A stretch of DNA of 64,000 nt from a virus, in the IMG/VR virus record IMGVR_UViG_3300009503_000022, positions 32,001 to 96,000 of that record. One strand, 5' to 3'. The translations under genes were made by a program, and so were the position numbers. Shown here piece by piece: positions 29,856-40,966 of this stretch. The notes below the pieces were generated by a model. The model had not been told where the DNA came from, ran no database searches, and saw only the letters and a list, made by a program, of their open reading frames with translations. How positions within the stretch are numbered: the first letter of the stretch is position 1; each line of letters opens with the position of its first letter.

Positions 29856-30242
29856 TTATGCTCCATTATGTCTATATATTACAAAAAAAGACGTCGTATT
29901 CGTATTCGGTATATAATTCATCGTTAATACTTTTCCTGAAAGAGTATAATCATTATCGCTTCCTATTCTTCTAACTATACCATTATGAATTACCCATATA
30001 GGTCCAATAGGAGTATAACTTAAATTAAAAATATTAGTCGTTCCATTTACTAAAGAAGTTAAATCATCATAACCCCAAAATAATCCAATATTAGACATTA
30101 TAGCATCTAAAATTGTCTGAGTACTATCGTGCTTTAACCTTAAATTTTCACCAGTAATAGAATCAGTAACATGCGTTGAATCAATTGTATGAAATTTTAA
30201 AGAATTCTCTTTTATATCCTCTGACTGTATTTTTCTTGCCAT
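29856..30242 (-). CDS. Tail/baseplate accessory protein
   Basis: DLTSLVNGTTNIF..HNGI..DY domain shared with the 32655 and 26690 proteins. Confidence 0.55.
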   Translation of the reverse strand: MARKIQSEDIKENSLKFHTIDSTHVTDSITGENLRLKHDSTQTILDAIMSNIGLFWGYDDLTSLVNGTTNIFNLSYTPIGPIWVIHNGIVRRIGSDNDYTLSGKVLTMNYIPNTNTTSFFVIYRHNGA

Positions 30243-30254
30243 ATATATTACTCC

Positions 30255-30467
30255 TTATTCTTTATTTTGTGCTATAATACTTAACAATCTTGCAATATCA
30301 CCTAAAAAAATATTGTGTGCTTTTTGAACACACATTCCTTCTGATATAGTTTCACCTTTTTCATTTTTAGAATACAATACTACCCATAATGCACATTTTT
30401 CTTGAATACATTTTTTTCTAAATCCTAAAAAAGTTTTATCACATTTCAAATTCAATTTCTTTTCCAT
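30255..30467 (-). CDS. Small Cys-containing hypothetical protein
   Basis: CIQEKCALW..GMC. Confidence 0.5.
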   Translation of the reverse strand: MEKKLNLKCDKTFLGFRKKCIQEKCALWVVLYSKNEKGETISEGMCVQKAHNIFLGDIARLLSIIAQNKE

Positions 30468-30478
30468 ATTTCCTCCCC

Positions 30479-30670
30479 TTACTGATTTAATAACTGTCCA
30501 GATATAATAATACTTCCATTAAATTTCTTACCAATAGGAACATTTTTATCATATAATATTGTTCCCGAAGGAATAGTATCTGGATTTACTATTATCAAAA
30601 TTTTTGATCCAGATGATATATTTTCTAATATTAAACTTTCACTTGTAATTGTTGCTTCTATATCTGCCAT
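30479..30670 (-). CDS. Hypothetical protein
   Basis: ORF track; strong SD. Confidence 0.5.
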   Translation of the reverse strand: MADIEATITSESLILENISSGSKILIIVNPDTIPSGTILYDKNVPIGKKFNGSIIISGQLLNQ

Positions 30671-30685
30671 AATTTATCCTCCTTT

Positions 30686-32641
30686 TTAATATTTAATACA
30701 AACATATAACGTTAAAAATGGCGGAATATTAGATTCTGTACTTACTGTATGATTATGTGTTAAATTCTCACTATTAATTCCATGCTGGTGATTTACTGTA
30801 CCTGATATCGCTCCACTCGTTGTTCCAGAAAATGAATGAGTATGATGTTCTATCGCAAGATGAATATCTGTTCCTGTAGAATACCATCCTGAACGATTAT
30901 TAACATCACTAGTTTCTCCACTATAATAATGTGTATGATTTACATCGAAGAAATTAGTAGCACCACCATGCGAATGAGATCCTAATGCATTACCTGTTGT
31001 ATGCGAATGCGTTGCGCTTCCTCCTGTTAATCCTGGAGTATACGTAACTCCATCTTGCCCTATTATAAATCTTCCTTTTGCATTAGGTAAATATGCATTT
31101 GTATTTCCTGGTCCAATAAAAGGAGTTCCTAAACTTCTTAAATAAACTATTAAATCGTAATATTCTGGATTTGTAGTATAATCAATTAAACTCCCATCAC
31201 ATTCTAACCATCCTGATTTAATAGATAAAAATAATCCTATTTGTCCTACTACTCCACCAAAACTATCTCCTTCATAATATCTACCAAGTTGTAAATTATT
31301 TATCCCAATACTACCAAACTTTCTAAAATCTAATACTCCTTGAACTATAGGATCTGAATTAGGTATCTTAAATAAATATGACGGTGAACCTACCCATTCA
31401 GATGATCCTATTAAAAGAAAATTATTAGCTATAATAGTACTTAGAGATGTTGTATAATTTAAAACTCCACTAGAATCTAAATAAAAATAATAAATACCCG
31501 GAGTACTTCCAGATGTAAATATAAATTCTTGATAATCATCATTTGGCATTACATTTGCCGATATTATATTACTTCTTGTTATTCTATTACCTTTAACGTA
31601 TGCATATTCATCAGTAGCTAAATTATATATTCTTACTGTTTGAGCTCCAGAAAGCGTAATATATAATAAACTTAAAGTTGAATTTTTTCCAGCTGTTCCT
31701 GCTATAATATGATTTGAATGTTGTTCATTCCTATGACCAATCAAATCTTGTCCAGTATATCCTAAATCATAAATTGAAAGTCCATGTGGATTTTTATTCG
31801 TTATTAAATCAGGATTCCCGACTGCTTTTATATGATCTTCTAAACTATAACTTTTATTTTTAGAATACTCAACTGTAACATCAGTTAAATCAGTAGGATT
31901 TTTTACTTTTACTGCTAATGGAGAATGTTGATAATATTTTCTTATATGATTTACATCCTCATAAATAATATCATTTGATAATATAGGATTACCAATTCCA
32001 TTAGCTGTAACTTTTCCTAAATATATTGCTTTAGTATATAAATTATGTCTTGGAGTTCCATCTATAACTGTTATATCTGCAAGTAATGCAACTATTATTT
32101 TATAACCATTTTTTTTATAAGGATATTTTATTCTATTTGTTTCTTGATCTATTACATATTTAGAATTTGGAGCATTCCAATTACCATAAGGATAATAAGG
32201 ATCGCTCGGATCAATTTCTACAGTTTCTACATAGTCTATAAATATAAAATTCGGAACATCTAATCCATAATCTTTTAAAGGAATCGCAATATTGCCACTA
32301 GAATATGGCATAGACTCAGGAGGAATTTGAGTATCTTGCTTATTAACTGAATTAGACCAATTTAAACTAGTATCATAATTTACCGATTCGTTACTAAATA
32401 TTTCTAATCTATCTCCATCTAAATTATATGCGATACCATATCCTATATCGATTTTAGTTGCATCGCTAGAATTAACCGTTATTTTAAACTCACCAGTTTT
32501 ATCAATAGATTTTAAATATAATATCCCTGGCTGATAAATATCTATAGTTCTATTTTTAATTTCTTTCTCTTTCTTTGATTGCATCAAATTTAAATCATTA
32601 GATAATATTTCTTGATTTCCAAAAATATTTATTTTTTCCAT
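30686..32641 (-). CDS. Baseplate/short tail fibre protein with tail-collar domain
   Basis: GWLECDGS..PNAKGRFIIG collar motif; HxH-rich tip; NIPPFLTLYVCIKY. Confidence 0.8.
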   Translation of the reverse strand: MEKINIFGNQEILSNDLNLMQSKKEKEIKNRTIDIYQPGILYLKSIDKTGEFKITVNSSDATKIDIGYGIAYNLDGDRLEIFSNESVNYDTSLNWSNSVNKQDTQIPPESMPYSSGNIAIPLKDYGLDVPNFIFIDYVETVEIDPSDPYYPYGNWNAPNSKYVIDQETNRIKYPYKKNGYKIIVALLADITVIDGTPRHNLYTKAIYLGKVTANGIGNPILSNDIIYEDVNHIRKYYQHSPLAVKVKNPTDLTDVTVEYSKNKSYSLEDHIKAVGNPDLITNKNPHGLSIYDLGYTGQDLIGHRNEQHSNHIIAGTAGKNSTLSLLYITLSGAQTVRIYNLATDEYAYVKGNRITRSNIISANVMPNDDYQEFIFTSGSTPGIYYFYLDSSGVLNYTTSLSTIIANNFLLIGSSEWVGSPSYLFKIPNSDPIVQGVLDFRKFGSIGINNLQLGRYYEGDSFGGVVGQIGLFLSIKSGWLECDGSLIDYTTNPEYYDLIVYLRSLGTPFIGPGNTNAYLPNAKGRFIIGQDGVTYTPGLTGGSATHSHTTGNALGSHSHGGATNFFDVNHTHYYSGETSDVNNRSGWYSTGTDIHLAIEHHTHSFSGTTSGAISGTVNHQHGINSENLTHNHTVSTESNIPPFLTLYVCIKY

Positions 32642-32654
32642 ATCTTAACTCCTT

Positions 32655-32963
32655 TTAAATATCTTTTCTAATATAATCACAAACTAAATCTTGTCCTATT
32701 ATTGGTATAACAGTTAATTGAAATTGATTATCTGATAATTCCGAATAATCAATAGTTCTTCTTAATCTTATACCATCTAAATATACCTTTAAAGTATTAG
32801 GCATATATAAATTAGAAACTGTAAATATACTTCTTACACCATCTATTTGAGATGTCAAATCTTCACCTATTTTAAATAAACCAGATTGTATAATAGTAAA
32901 ATTTTCGTTCTGTTCTACAGATTTTATAAGTTTTTTTGATTGAAAATTTTTCTTATATACCAT
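32655..32963 (-). CDS. Tail/baseplate accessory protein
   Basis: DLTSQIDG..LKVYLDGIR..DY. Confidence 0.55.
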   Translation of the reverse strand: MVYKKNFQSKKLIKSVEQNENFTIIQSGLFKIGEDLTSQIDGVRSIFTVSNLYMPNTLKVYLDGIRLRRTIDYSELSDNQFQLTVIPIIGQDLVCDYIRKDI

Positions 32964-32978
32964 ATTTTATTCTCCTTT

Positions 32979-33392
32979 TTACGAATATATACACCCATCC
33001 CAAACAGATATATCCCATCTACCAGCTATAGTTTCTGCTTTTTCAGGTTTATTATCTTGTAAATCTCCAAAATATATACCAGCCTCTTCTTGCGTTGCTT
33101 CGCTTTCTTCATCAAATATATTTACACAACTAACTTTATAAAAATAAATTTCATTTTCTTCTATATCAATATCAATAAATATCGTATCGACTTTATTCTC
33201 GAAATCAGTAGTAGTAACTTCACCTAAAACAATAAAATCATTACTATTAGTTTTTTGAGTTCTATATACAATATATTTTTTTACAGTTACATCTTCATCA
33301 TTAATATCTTTAGTAACTCTATCCCATTTTAAAATAGCATAATTATTTCTTTTAATTACATAAAAATTCTCTGGTTTTTTAGGTTTAGCCAT
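32979..33392 (-). CDS. Fibronectin type III-domain protein
   Basis: P..P.N..LKWD..YIVYR..FID..YFYKVSCV..ES. Confidence 0.7.
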   Translation of the reverse strand: MAKPKKPENFYVIKRNNYAILKWDRVTKDINDEDVTVKKYIVYRTQKTNSNDFIVLGEVTTTDFENKVDTIFIDIDIEENEIYFYKVSCVNIFDEESEATQEEAGIYFGDLQDNKPEKAETIAGRWDISVWDGCIYS

Positions 33393-33403
33393 ATTTATTT
33401 CTC

Positions 33404-34516
33404 CTAAACATATAAATATATAATTTTAGTATATGCTGGTTTTAAATTTTCACAAACTTGTTCTACTATTTTCTTAACTATATATTGATAACTTACTAAA
33501 TATGTAGAGTTTTTATTTGGTTGAGGTTGTCCAACGATCCAATTTATTTTTCCATTAATTCTATCTACAGTAAACTCAACTCCTTCTGTATATATATTTG
33601 CACCTTGATTTATTGCCACTAATGTTGAAGTTAAATATTGATTATTCAAACTATCTGATCCTCCATTTTCTTCTGTCTTAACAACTTCTTCATTAACAAC
33701 ATTTCTAGTAGAATCATAAACTTTTAATTTAATCCAATTAATATGCTGTTCTTTAGAATATATCTTAATACCTGGTTTTGCTCTTGTATTTAATAAATTT
33801 CCTTCTACATAATAATGATTTCTATTAGAATCAGTATCTTCCCAATTAGTTCCATTCCACACCCATTTTGGATTATTATATACTTTCCAACCTTCTATAG
33901 CTTCGTATGGAATAATATCTGGTTCTGTACCTGTAATACTTTTAACTGCAAGTTTAATTCCTTTATAAGTTGAACCATTTAAAAATGCTGTCCTTAAATC
34001 TAAAATTATATTTCTATATTCTTCAAATGTAAAATCTGAAGGCTTTCTTAAATCAAATAAATATCCAAAATTACTATATAATTGAGCATCTCTTACTTCA
34101 TCTAAAAATATATCATTTTTAATCCTTAAAAGTTCAATTAACCTATCTAATCTTATATCTCCCAATAATTCATAATATAAATAAGTATTTAATGCTATAA
34201 ATTCATAATCTGCTAATCTATTATCTGCAATATCAGTTAATCTAATTTTAGTAATACCATAATCAACTTTTTTTGTAAAATAAATAGTTCCAATTTCATC
34301 TACAATCTTACAAGTAGTAAAATAATCTCCATTAATATAAACTTTTATAAATGTATCTGTCCCTTCTACATACAATTCTGGCCAAAAATCTACAAACAAA
34401 AATTCCTTTTCTGGCATATAAGGAATAACATTCCAATCTTTATTATAAATATATCTATTAAGTTTATCTATTAATTGCCAATATAAAGTATTTTTCCCTC
34501 TTGTATATAATTGCAT
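33404..34516 (-). CDS. Baseplate wedge protein
   Basis: LYSNFG..YRN..F.NGST..GIKLAV..KPAYTK; follows the baseplate J gene. Confidence 0.65.
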   Translation of the reverse strand: MQLYTRGKNTLYWQLIDKLNRYIYNKDWNVIPYMPEKEFLFVDFWPELYVEGTDTFIKVYINGDYFTTCKIVDEIGTIYFTKKVDYGITKIRLTDIADNRLADYEFIALNTYLYYELLGDIRLDRLIELLRIKNDIFLDEVRDAQLYSNFGYLFDLRKPSDFTFEEYRNIILDLRTAFLNGSTYKGIKLAVKSITGTEPDIIPYEAIEGWKVYNNPKWVWNGTNWEDTDSNRNHYYVEGNLLNTRAKPGIKIYSKEQHINWIKLKVYDSTRNVVNEEVVKTEENGGSDSLNNQYLTSTLVAINQGANIYTEGVEFTVDRINGKINWIVGQPQPNKNSTYLVSYQYIVKKIVEQVCENLKPAYTKIIYLYV

Positions 34517-34541
34517 AAAACCTCTTTTTTATCGTTTGCAG

Positions 34542-34568
34542 AACGAAGCAGTTTATTACTGCTACGTT
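34542..34568 (-). other. Intergenic stem-loop
   Basis: AACG-t-AGCAGT-aataa-ACTGCT-t-CGTT between baseplate genes; no clear U tract. Confidence 0.4.
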
Positions 34569-34592
34569 TTTCATTAAATCGTCAATATATTT

Positions 34593-36053
34593 TTATGTAA
34601 TCACTAAATTATTTAATCTAATATATTCTCTACCTTCTACCTCTATTGTATCTACAACATTACTAAGATTACTTCTATTAAATTTATTCATAGGTAAAAT
34701 AATACTATCTACGCCTTCTATAGTATAAACTAAATCTATAATATCACTTTGTTGTAAAGATTCCCCTAATTTTAATTTACTTATCTCAGCAGTTAATAAA
34801 TTAGTTATATCTTGAATTATTGAAGATTTAGAATAACCAGATAAAATACGCAATGAAAATGAAATATCAATAGGTACTTTTATAGATTGTTTTACCAATA
34901 CCATCGGATCTGAACCTGCTAATATTTTATATTCATCTTTATCTAACAAATTTTGAATAATCTCTACATTAGAATTATAATTATATTTTATAGTATAAGG
35001 AACTGTCGGCGGATTTGATGCAAAATCAGTCCAATGTATTCTAGCATTAGCCTTAATACTTCCTTCGTAAAATTCTATTGAATTAGCTTCAAATAAATAT
35101 GGAGCTCCACCATGCCCTGTTATAGAAATCAAAGAATCTACAGGTTGCTTTTTCAATACATAATATTCAGTAGCTGTATCTACTATCTCAGTTTGTTGAA
35201 CTATATTCGTTTCAAGAATATATAAATCAATTTTTCCACCATATCCCTCATCTCGTTTCATAAATTTATCGCCTGCATACGATACATATACATCACTTAT
35301 ATTTGAATTTGCTAAAACTATTTTTTTATAACCATCTTTTGTTCCTATATTATTCCCTAAATAAACTAATTTAATCCTTTCAATCAAAGTTTCGTCTGTT
35401 TCTTCATCGGTAGCATTACTTATTTCATCTTTATTAATTACATAATCGAAACCTTCTACTGCAGTTTCCATTTTAGTAATTGTCCTTGCAGGTGCATTTG
35501 CTTGAATCCCTACATTTACAGATTTAATAGGAACAGGAATACTATATGCATTCAAATCAGGATCAAAATAATTCGGTCCTTGAGCTGCAAACATTGTAAC
35601 ATCTGATTGAACCTCATATCTTTGCCCATTCGTTGATGATACTATTGACCCTCTTAAAATAGTCTTATCACCATCAGAAATTGTCAACACATTATTTCTA
35701 ACATAATAAATTATTCCTGTAGCTGAAGTAGCCCCTTTTCTTGTTAAATTAAAATTTGAAGCATGTTTTTCTAATATAACTTTAATATCATTTCTTACAT
35801 CATCTACAGAAATTCCATAAGCAAAAGCTACTAAAGATAAATATTCGCTATCTAATAACATCTCTGATATTAAATCTAATGATTGACATCGTAATATATA
35901 ATCAGCAATTACTATTTCTCTTACTAATTCGACACTTTGAGGAGTTATAAAAATATCATTTACAGTACTATTAGGATGTAAACTAATATTTTTATTTCTT
36001 TCTAATATCTTATTTTTAATATCATTATATATTTGAGAAAAACTCTTTAACAT
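34593..36053 (-). CDS. Baseplate J-like wedge protein
   Basis: LTRKGATSATG, DEETDETLIERI, GTKDGY, LGESLQQSDI..IEGVD. Confidence 0.9.
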   Translation of the reverse strand: MLKSFSQIYNDIKNKILERNKNISLHPNSTVNDIFITPQSVELVREIVIADYILRCQSLDLISEMLLDSEYLSLVAFAYGISVDDVRNDIKVILEKHASNFNLTRKGATSATGIIYYVRNNVLTISDGDKTILRGSIVSSTNGQRYEVQSDVTMFAAQGPNYFDPDLNAYSIPVPIKSVNVGIQANAPARTITKMETAVEGFDYVINKDEISNATDEETDETLIERIKLVYLGNNIGTKDGYKKIVLANSNISDVYVSYAGDKFMKRDEGYGGKIDLYILETNIVQQTEIVDTATEYYVLKKQPVDSLISITGHGGAPYLFEANSIEFYEGSIKANARIHWTDFASNPPTVPYTIKYNYNSNVEIIQNLLDKDEYKILAGSDPMVLVKQSIKVPIDISFSLRILSGYSKSSIIQDITNLLTAEISKLKLGESLQQSDIIDLVYTIEGVDSIILPMNKFNRSNLSNVVDTIEVEGREYIRLNNLVIT

Positions 36054-36056
36054 ATT

Positions 36057-36482
36057 TTATCCTCCAAGTGTTATAATCAATGTTTCACCAACTTTATTTA
36101 TAACTTCTATTCTTATAAATACTTTTCTCGGATCTACAGGATCTATATTTACATCTATACTTTTAATTTGATCTATTTTTTCATCTAAATCTGTAGTATC
36201 ATCAATTTCATTTAAATAAGTAAATGCATATATTATACCATTAACAATATTTTTTCTTACACTAGTATTATCTATCTTTTGATTAATCAAACTTTGTAAA
36301 TTACTACCATAACCAGGAAATACCTTATTTTCACCTTCCCTAGTAAGTAATATTTTAGCCATATTTTGCTTTAATTTGCTCGCTCCACTAAGCATTACAA
36401 AATCACCATTTTCATAAGTTATATCATTAAAAGTACCATAATATTTATTTTCTGCTGTACCTAATATCTTCAAATCTTTCAT
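36057..36482 (-). CDS. Baseplate wedge / sheath initiator (gp25/gpW-like)
   Basis: KLKQ..KILLT..G...FPGYGS. Confidence 0.85.
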   Translation of the reverse strand: MKDLKILGTAENKYYGTFNDITYENGDFVMLSGASKLKQNMAKILLTREGENKVFPGYGSNLQSLINQKIDNTSVRKNIVNGIIYAFTYLNEIDDTTDLDEKIDQIKSIDVNIDPVDPRKVFIRIEVINKVGETLIITLGG

Positions 36483-37012
36483 ACTATACTCTCTAATATA
36501 AATAAAATATTATCTATTCTTCTAAATAAATCGGTTAAAAACGAAGACTTTAATTCTAACTTCTTTTGCATATTAACTACTTGCTCATATCTATAATTTA
36601 ACTCTGTCATTTCTGAAACAGTTTGCAAAGCTTCATTTGTCAAATAAGGTATCGTATAATTTAATTCACTATCTTGAACTAAAATATCAGAAGTTAATAT
36701 AGAATTAATTGTTTGAACATCAGACATTGTCGTATAACTTTGCAATTGTTCTGATAATATCTTTTTAGTATCATCATTCGCAATCATCAATTCGTTAATT
36801 TCTTGCATTCGAGTTCTAATTTCATCTTTTAAATTTAATATTGCTTTTTTTAAATTATCCCTATTTTCTTTACTGATTTTTTCTTTTAAAATATTATATG
36901 TATCACTTTTTTTTAATTCTGTTTTAATTTCTTCAGAAAAATCTAATTCATTATCTACATAATACGCACTATTCATCAAATTCCAAATTTCTTCTCTTCT
37001 TAATAATGCCAT
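36479..37012 (-). CDS. Hypothetical helical baseplate-region protein
   Basis: ORF track; context. Confidence 0.5.
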   Translation of the reverse strand: MALLRREEIWNLMNSAYYVDNELDFSEEIKTELKKSDTYNILKEKISKENRDNLKKAILNLKDEIRTRMQEINELMIANDDTKKILSEQLQSYTTMSDVQTINSILTSDILVQDSELNYTIPYLTNEALQTVSEMTELNYRYEQVVNMQKKLELKSSFLTDLFRRIDNILFILESIV

Positions 37013-37013
37013 T

Positions 37014-37694
37014 TTATGATGCTCCTTTTATAGTACTACTACCAGTTATAGGCTTACCTGTAACTGGACAAATAGGAAAAGTACCATAAGGTCCTGAAGT
37101 CACTATATCTCCAAATAATTTTCGCTTATTTTCATCATTAGCATTTTTCCCTAAATATATTGTTTGACTATCAATATACGTATTGCCATCTTTATCAATT
37201 ACAATTTTTGCTTTTATTTCTTTTGTTCTTGGATCTTTTTTGGTAATTTCATATTCCCCTGATTTTGTATGTCTTATCTCTAATCCATTAAAAGTCTGAA
37301 ATAATATCTCAGTTGCTTGAATAAGAATTTGAAACTTTTTCCTTATTATCTTAAAAATATTTCTCATACCACCATCAACAATAGAAACGTCCCCATTATT
37401 ATTTAAATAAATATAACCGCCACCTTCTGATTGAATTTGTATTTCTCCAGGAAGTAATCTTCCAGAATTCTTTCTTAATAAATCTGGATTATTTTCCCAT
37501 ATTTTAATTATCTTAGTAACATTCATCCCATATCTAACAAATAACACTAAAGATCCTATCTTAGGCATTACTTGCAACGATAATGGATTATCTAATTCAA
37601 CGGGTATATTACTCCCACTTTCAAATGAATTTACATAAACAACATTATTTTTATCATCTACATTAATTATTCTACCTAATTGAAAATCTAACAT
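37014..37694 (-). CDS. Baseplate spike (gpV/gp5-like)
   Basis: OB-fold MPKIGSLVL, LLPGEI, beta-repeat body, CPVTG tip. Confidence 0.7.
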   Translation of the reverse strand: MLDFQLGRIINVDDKNNVVYVNSFESGSNIPVELDNPLSLQVMPKIGSLVLFVRYGMNVTKIIKIWENNPDLLRKNSGRLLPGEIQIQSEGGGYIYLNNNGDVSIVDGGMRNIFKIIRKKFQILIQATEILFQTFNGLEIRHTKSGEYEITKKDPRTKEIKAKIVIDKDGNTYIDSQTIYLGKNANDENKRKLFGDIVTSGPYGTFPICPVTGKPITGSSTIKGAS

Positions 37695-37695
37695 T

Positions 37696-40600
37696 TTATT
37701 TTTTCTCCACTCCTTCTATATGATAATAATAATCGTATCTTGCCCAAGCAATATCGTCTCTAGTAAAAACATTATTTTTAGGAAATCTATCAAATATATA
37801 TTTACCTAATAATCTCTCACCATTTAACATTGATAATAATTTAGTAAAATCTGTAAAAAATTTAGGCTTTAAATTAATATGTCCATTATCAATCATTCTA
37901 AAATTTAAAAATTGAATATCTACAGCATTACCTTTAAAATGAGCATCGGCAGAATCTTTTGATGTCTCTTTTTTATTTGTATATATTATTTGACGATTTT
38001 CTTCTGGTGTTCTAAATCCCCAAACTATACTACCAATATCAAACAATTTTTCTAAATCAAATATTAAACTATCTGTATAAAATCTTATCGTATCTTTAAT
38101 TCTATTAAATGCTACTTCTACTCCATTTTTATCTTGCAAATATTTTGGTTTACCTTGTTCATCTTTAGTTAAAAAATATATTGAATTTTCTTTAATTTCA
38201 GCAAAATATTCCCCACCTTCTAATTCAAATATCTTCTTTTCTGCATACGGACCTCTAAGATAAATCCACCCTTTAGGAGCCCAAAATCTTCTAACTCTTC
38301 TTTCTTCTATTAACCATTCTTGTGAATCAATCTCGAACCACGAATTACTAAATATCAAATTAGTATTATCAAAATTAAAATAAGTATAACTTTTATCAAG
38401 ACGCCCTGTAACCTCTTCACCAAAACTTTCCATCCATTTTCTAATACGCCAATTATAAAATTTAAAACTTAAATCTATTAAAGTTAACCCATTAATTAAA
38501 CTTTGAGTAACAAAAGACGCATTTCCTGCTGCAGGTGAATCAAAAATACCAACCCTAAATTTAGTTTTAAGATAACTACTATCAGAAAATTCTTTAAAAT
38601 CAGAAAATCCTAATTCTTTAATCTGATTATCGTCTATAACTATTGGTCTATAATCAAACATAATATCAAATATTTTTATTTTATGATTTGTATATCCTGA
38701 CTTCTCAGTTGTTGGTCTAGGAAGACTAAAAGCATAATAATCATCTAATTCTTTTGCAATCTCTAATCTATCTTTATTAATAGCTATTTGTGACAATGTT
38801 TCACTGCTTAAAACAGGTTTAGACTCTTCTATTTCAGTTTGCTTTTTTCTAGAATCAGATTCAACTTCATATATAACATCTAAAATAGTTGGTATTATAG
38901 AAAAATATATTACATCTTTATCAATATTTCTTTCTAAAAATTTTTTAGCTTCTGAAATTCTATCTTTTTTATTTTTTTCTTTATTTAATAATTCTAAACG
39001 ATTTACATTACTTTGACTTAATATCTTCTCTTTATAAATTGAATATATCATATCATAATCGTTATCTTTTGCTGTCTGAAGAAATTCTTTAACCGCTTTT
39101 CGCTCAACTCTTCTTACATATATAAATTTTAAAATATTTGTAGAAACTTTTCCATAACCAAACGTTGTTTCTATCGAATTTAAATAACCAACAAATTTAT
39201 CTTTCTCAGAATCGTCATTTAATTCAATATAATATAATCTTCCAATTTCGTATGTTCTAGTATTAGGAACTGATATATTTATTTGCCTTGTAAAAGCATT
39301 TTGCCTATATAATATCATTGCTGAATATATAGACGCTAACCATCTATTAATAACATTTGGATTAGAAGTCGGTTCTCTCACTCTTAATCCATATTTAAAT
39401 AATATATTAGCATCTGTATACCAACCTCCAATCATTCCAACTTCACCAAAAAATGGATACATAAATTTTGCATCACATCTAGTCGCTAAATCAATATCAT
39501 TCCTATGATAAGCCTCATCAAGTATATCTTCTTTCTTTATAACAAAATCTCCTTCTGGAATATTACCATTTTCTGGTAAATCTATTTCTAATTCATTATA
39601 TTTCTGAGGTCTACATATTATTTGACCTTTCCTGTTTTCAAAAATATCATAAAAAGCTACTTCTCTTACAGTTCTCAATATATCAATCGGTTTTGCCATT
39701 TGAGTATAAAAAGTCTCAAATCCTCTTGCTACCATTTCGTTGTAAGTTTTATGTTCTCCATGCTCAAGAATAGCTAAAGTTTTCTTTATTTCTTCATTAG
39801 CCTTAGAATCATCACTAAATTTAACATCATCTAATTGTCTTACTAGATAAAATGCATAAAGTAATAAAAATGAGCTTCTAAAATCTTTAATACTTTTTAG
39901 CCTATCAACATTAAACTCAAAACGTATTTTTTCTAATTTAGTTCTTATTTCCTCTAACCTTTTATTATACTCAGTAGTCAAACCTTCTATTTTCTTTTCT
40001 TTACTCCCAGATATAGTTTCTTCTAATTCTCTTATTTTTGTTTTATATTCTTCAATAACCCTTTCTTTTTTAGATAATTGTTCTTCTTCATCGAGAGTTA
40101 ACGAAATTTTTGATTTTAAAGGTGCTATTTCTTTATTAATATCATCTAATTTTGTTCTTATCTTTCTCAACTCGTCATTATTTTCATCTAATTTCTTTTT
40201 TATTTCTTCTAATTTACTATCTACATTTACTGCCTTTAAACATAACACATCTTCCATTATCGTACTAAATATCTGACCTGTATTCAAATTATTCCAATTA
40301 TCTTGATATACAGGAACACCTGGTGTTGTTATTTCAATACCTTCATCAAACATTTTATTATATATTGCTTGCTTTTGCACAACATTTGACAACCCAAAAA
40401 ACTTATTAATCCCATATACAGTAATATCTATATCAGGAACAGTTCCATAACTTTTAGAATAACTTATAGTTCCTATAAAACCTATATATTCAGTAATCCA
40501 ATTTTCTGTAAACCCTCTATCAACTCTAACTTCTATTATTTGATTTTCACATAAAAAATCTTTTATTTTCTTTGTTGTAATAAGACCATTACTATATTCT

Positions 40601-40965
40601 CTATCAAACTCACTTGATTGACTAATTCTAAATCCAATAGAATTACTAAATTCTTCTAAACTATTTTCAAATCCTGTAATAATTTTAACATTCTTAGTAA
40701 TATCTATTCCTTCTAATAACTTAATTCTTCCTTCTGATATCGCTTTAATTAAACTTTCTTTAAATTCCCTTATAGTTTTCGTCCAATTATCTTTATATTT
40801 TTCTACACTTTCTTGTAAAAATTTCCAATGAAGTTTACTATTAACATTAAAATAATCAACAGGATCAGTATATCTAATATCAGTTCCTTCTACTAATTCC
40901 TTCGCATTAGTAAAATCTAAAGAATATAAAATTATTTTATAATTTACTTTAATATCTACTGGCAT
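37696..40965 (-). CDS. Baseplate hub protein with a coiled-coil insert and C-terminal peptidase M15-like domain
   Basis: YIGFI..V.G, ENRKGQIICRP.YN, KYGLR hub motifs; GFRTPEEN..AHFKGNAVDI..HIE. Confidence 0.7.
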   Translation of the reverse strand: MPVDIKVNYKIILYSLDFTNAKELVEGTDIRYTDPVDYFNVNSKLHWKFLQESVEKYKDNWTKTIREFKESLIKAISEGRIKLLEGIDITKNVKIITGFENSLEEFSNSIGFRISQSSEFDREYSNGLITTKKIKDFLCENQIIEVRVDRGFTENWITEYIGFIGTISYSKSYGTVPDIDITVYGINKFFGLSNVVQKQAIYNKMFDEGIEITTPGVPVYQDNWNNLNTGQIFSTIMEDVLCLKAVNVDSKLEEIKKKLDENNDELRKIRTKLDDINKEIAPLKSKISLTLDEEEQLSKKERVIEEYKTKIRELEETISGSKEKKIEGLTTEYNKRLEEIRTKLEKIRFEFNVDRLKSIKDFRSSFLLLYAFYLVRQLDDVKFSDDSKANEEIKKTLAILEHGEHKTYNEMVARGFETFYTQMAKPIDILRTVREVAFYDIFENRKGQIICRPQKYNELEIDLPENGNIPEGDFVIKKEDILDEAYHRNDIDLATRCDAKFMYPFFGEVGMIGGWYTDANILFKYGLRVREPTSNPNVINRWLASIYSAMILYRQNAFTRQINISVPNTRTYEIGRLYYIELNDDSEKDKFVGYLNSIETTFGYGKVSTNILKFIYVRRVERKAVKEFLQTAKDNDYDMIYSIYKEKILSQSNVNRLELLNKEKNKKDRISEAKKFLERNIDKDVIYFSIIPTILDVIYEVESDSRKKQTEIEESKPVLSSETLSQIAINKDRLEIAKELDDYYAFSLPRPTTEKSGYTNHKIKIFDIMFDYRPIVIDDNQIKELGFSDFKEFSDSSYLKTKFRVGIFDSPAAGNASFVTQSLINGLTLIDLSFKFYNWRIRKWMESFGEEVTGRLDKSYTYFNFDNTNLIFSNSWFEIDSQEWLIEERRVRRFWAPKGWIYLRGPYAEKKIFELEGGEYFAEIKENSIYFLTKDEQGKPKYLQDKNGVEVAFNRIKDTIRFYTDSLIFDLEKLFDIGSIVWGFRTPEENRQIIYTNKKETSKDSADAHFKGNAVDIQFLNFRMIDNGHINLKPKFFTDFTKLLSMLNGERLLGKYIFDRFPKNNVFTRDDIAWARYDYYYHIEGVEKK

Positions 40966-40966
40966 T

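Noticed and set aside
21940-32641. Diversity-generating retroelement or invertible tail-fibre switch
   Set aside because: No reverse transcriptase, recombinase, inverted cassette or adenine-specific TR/VR pair noticed; a self-alignment would confirm.
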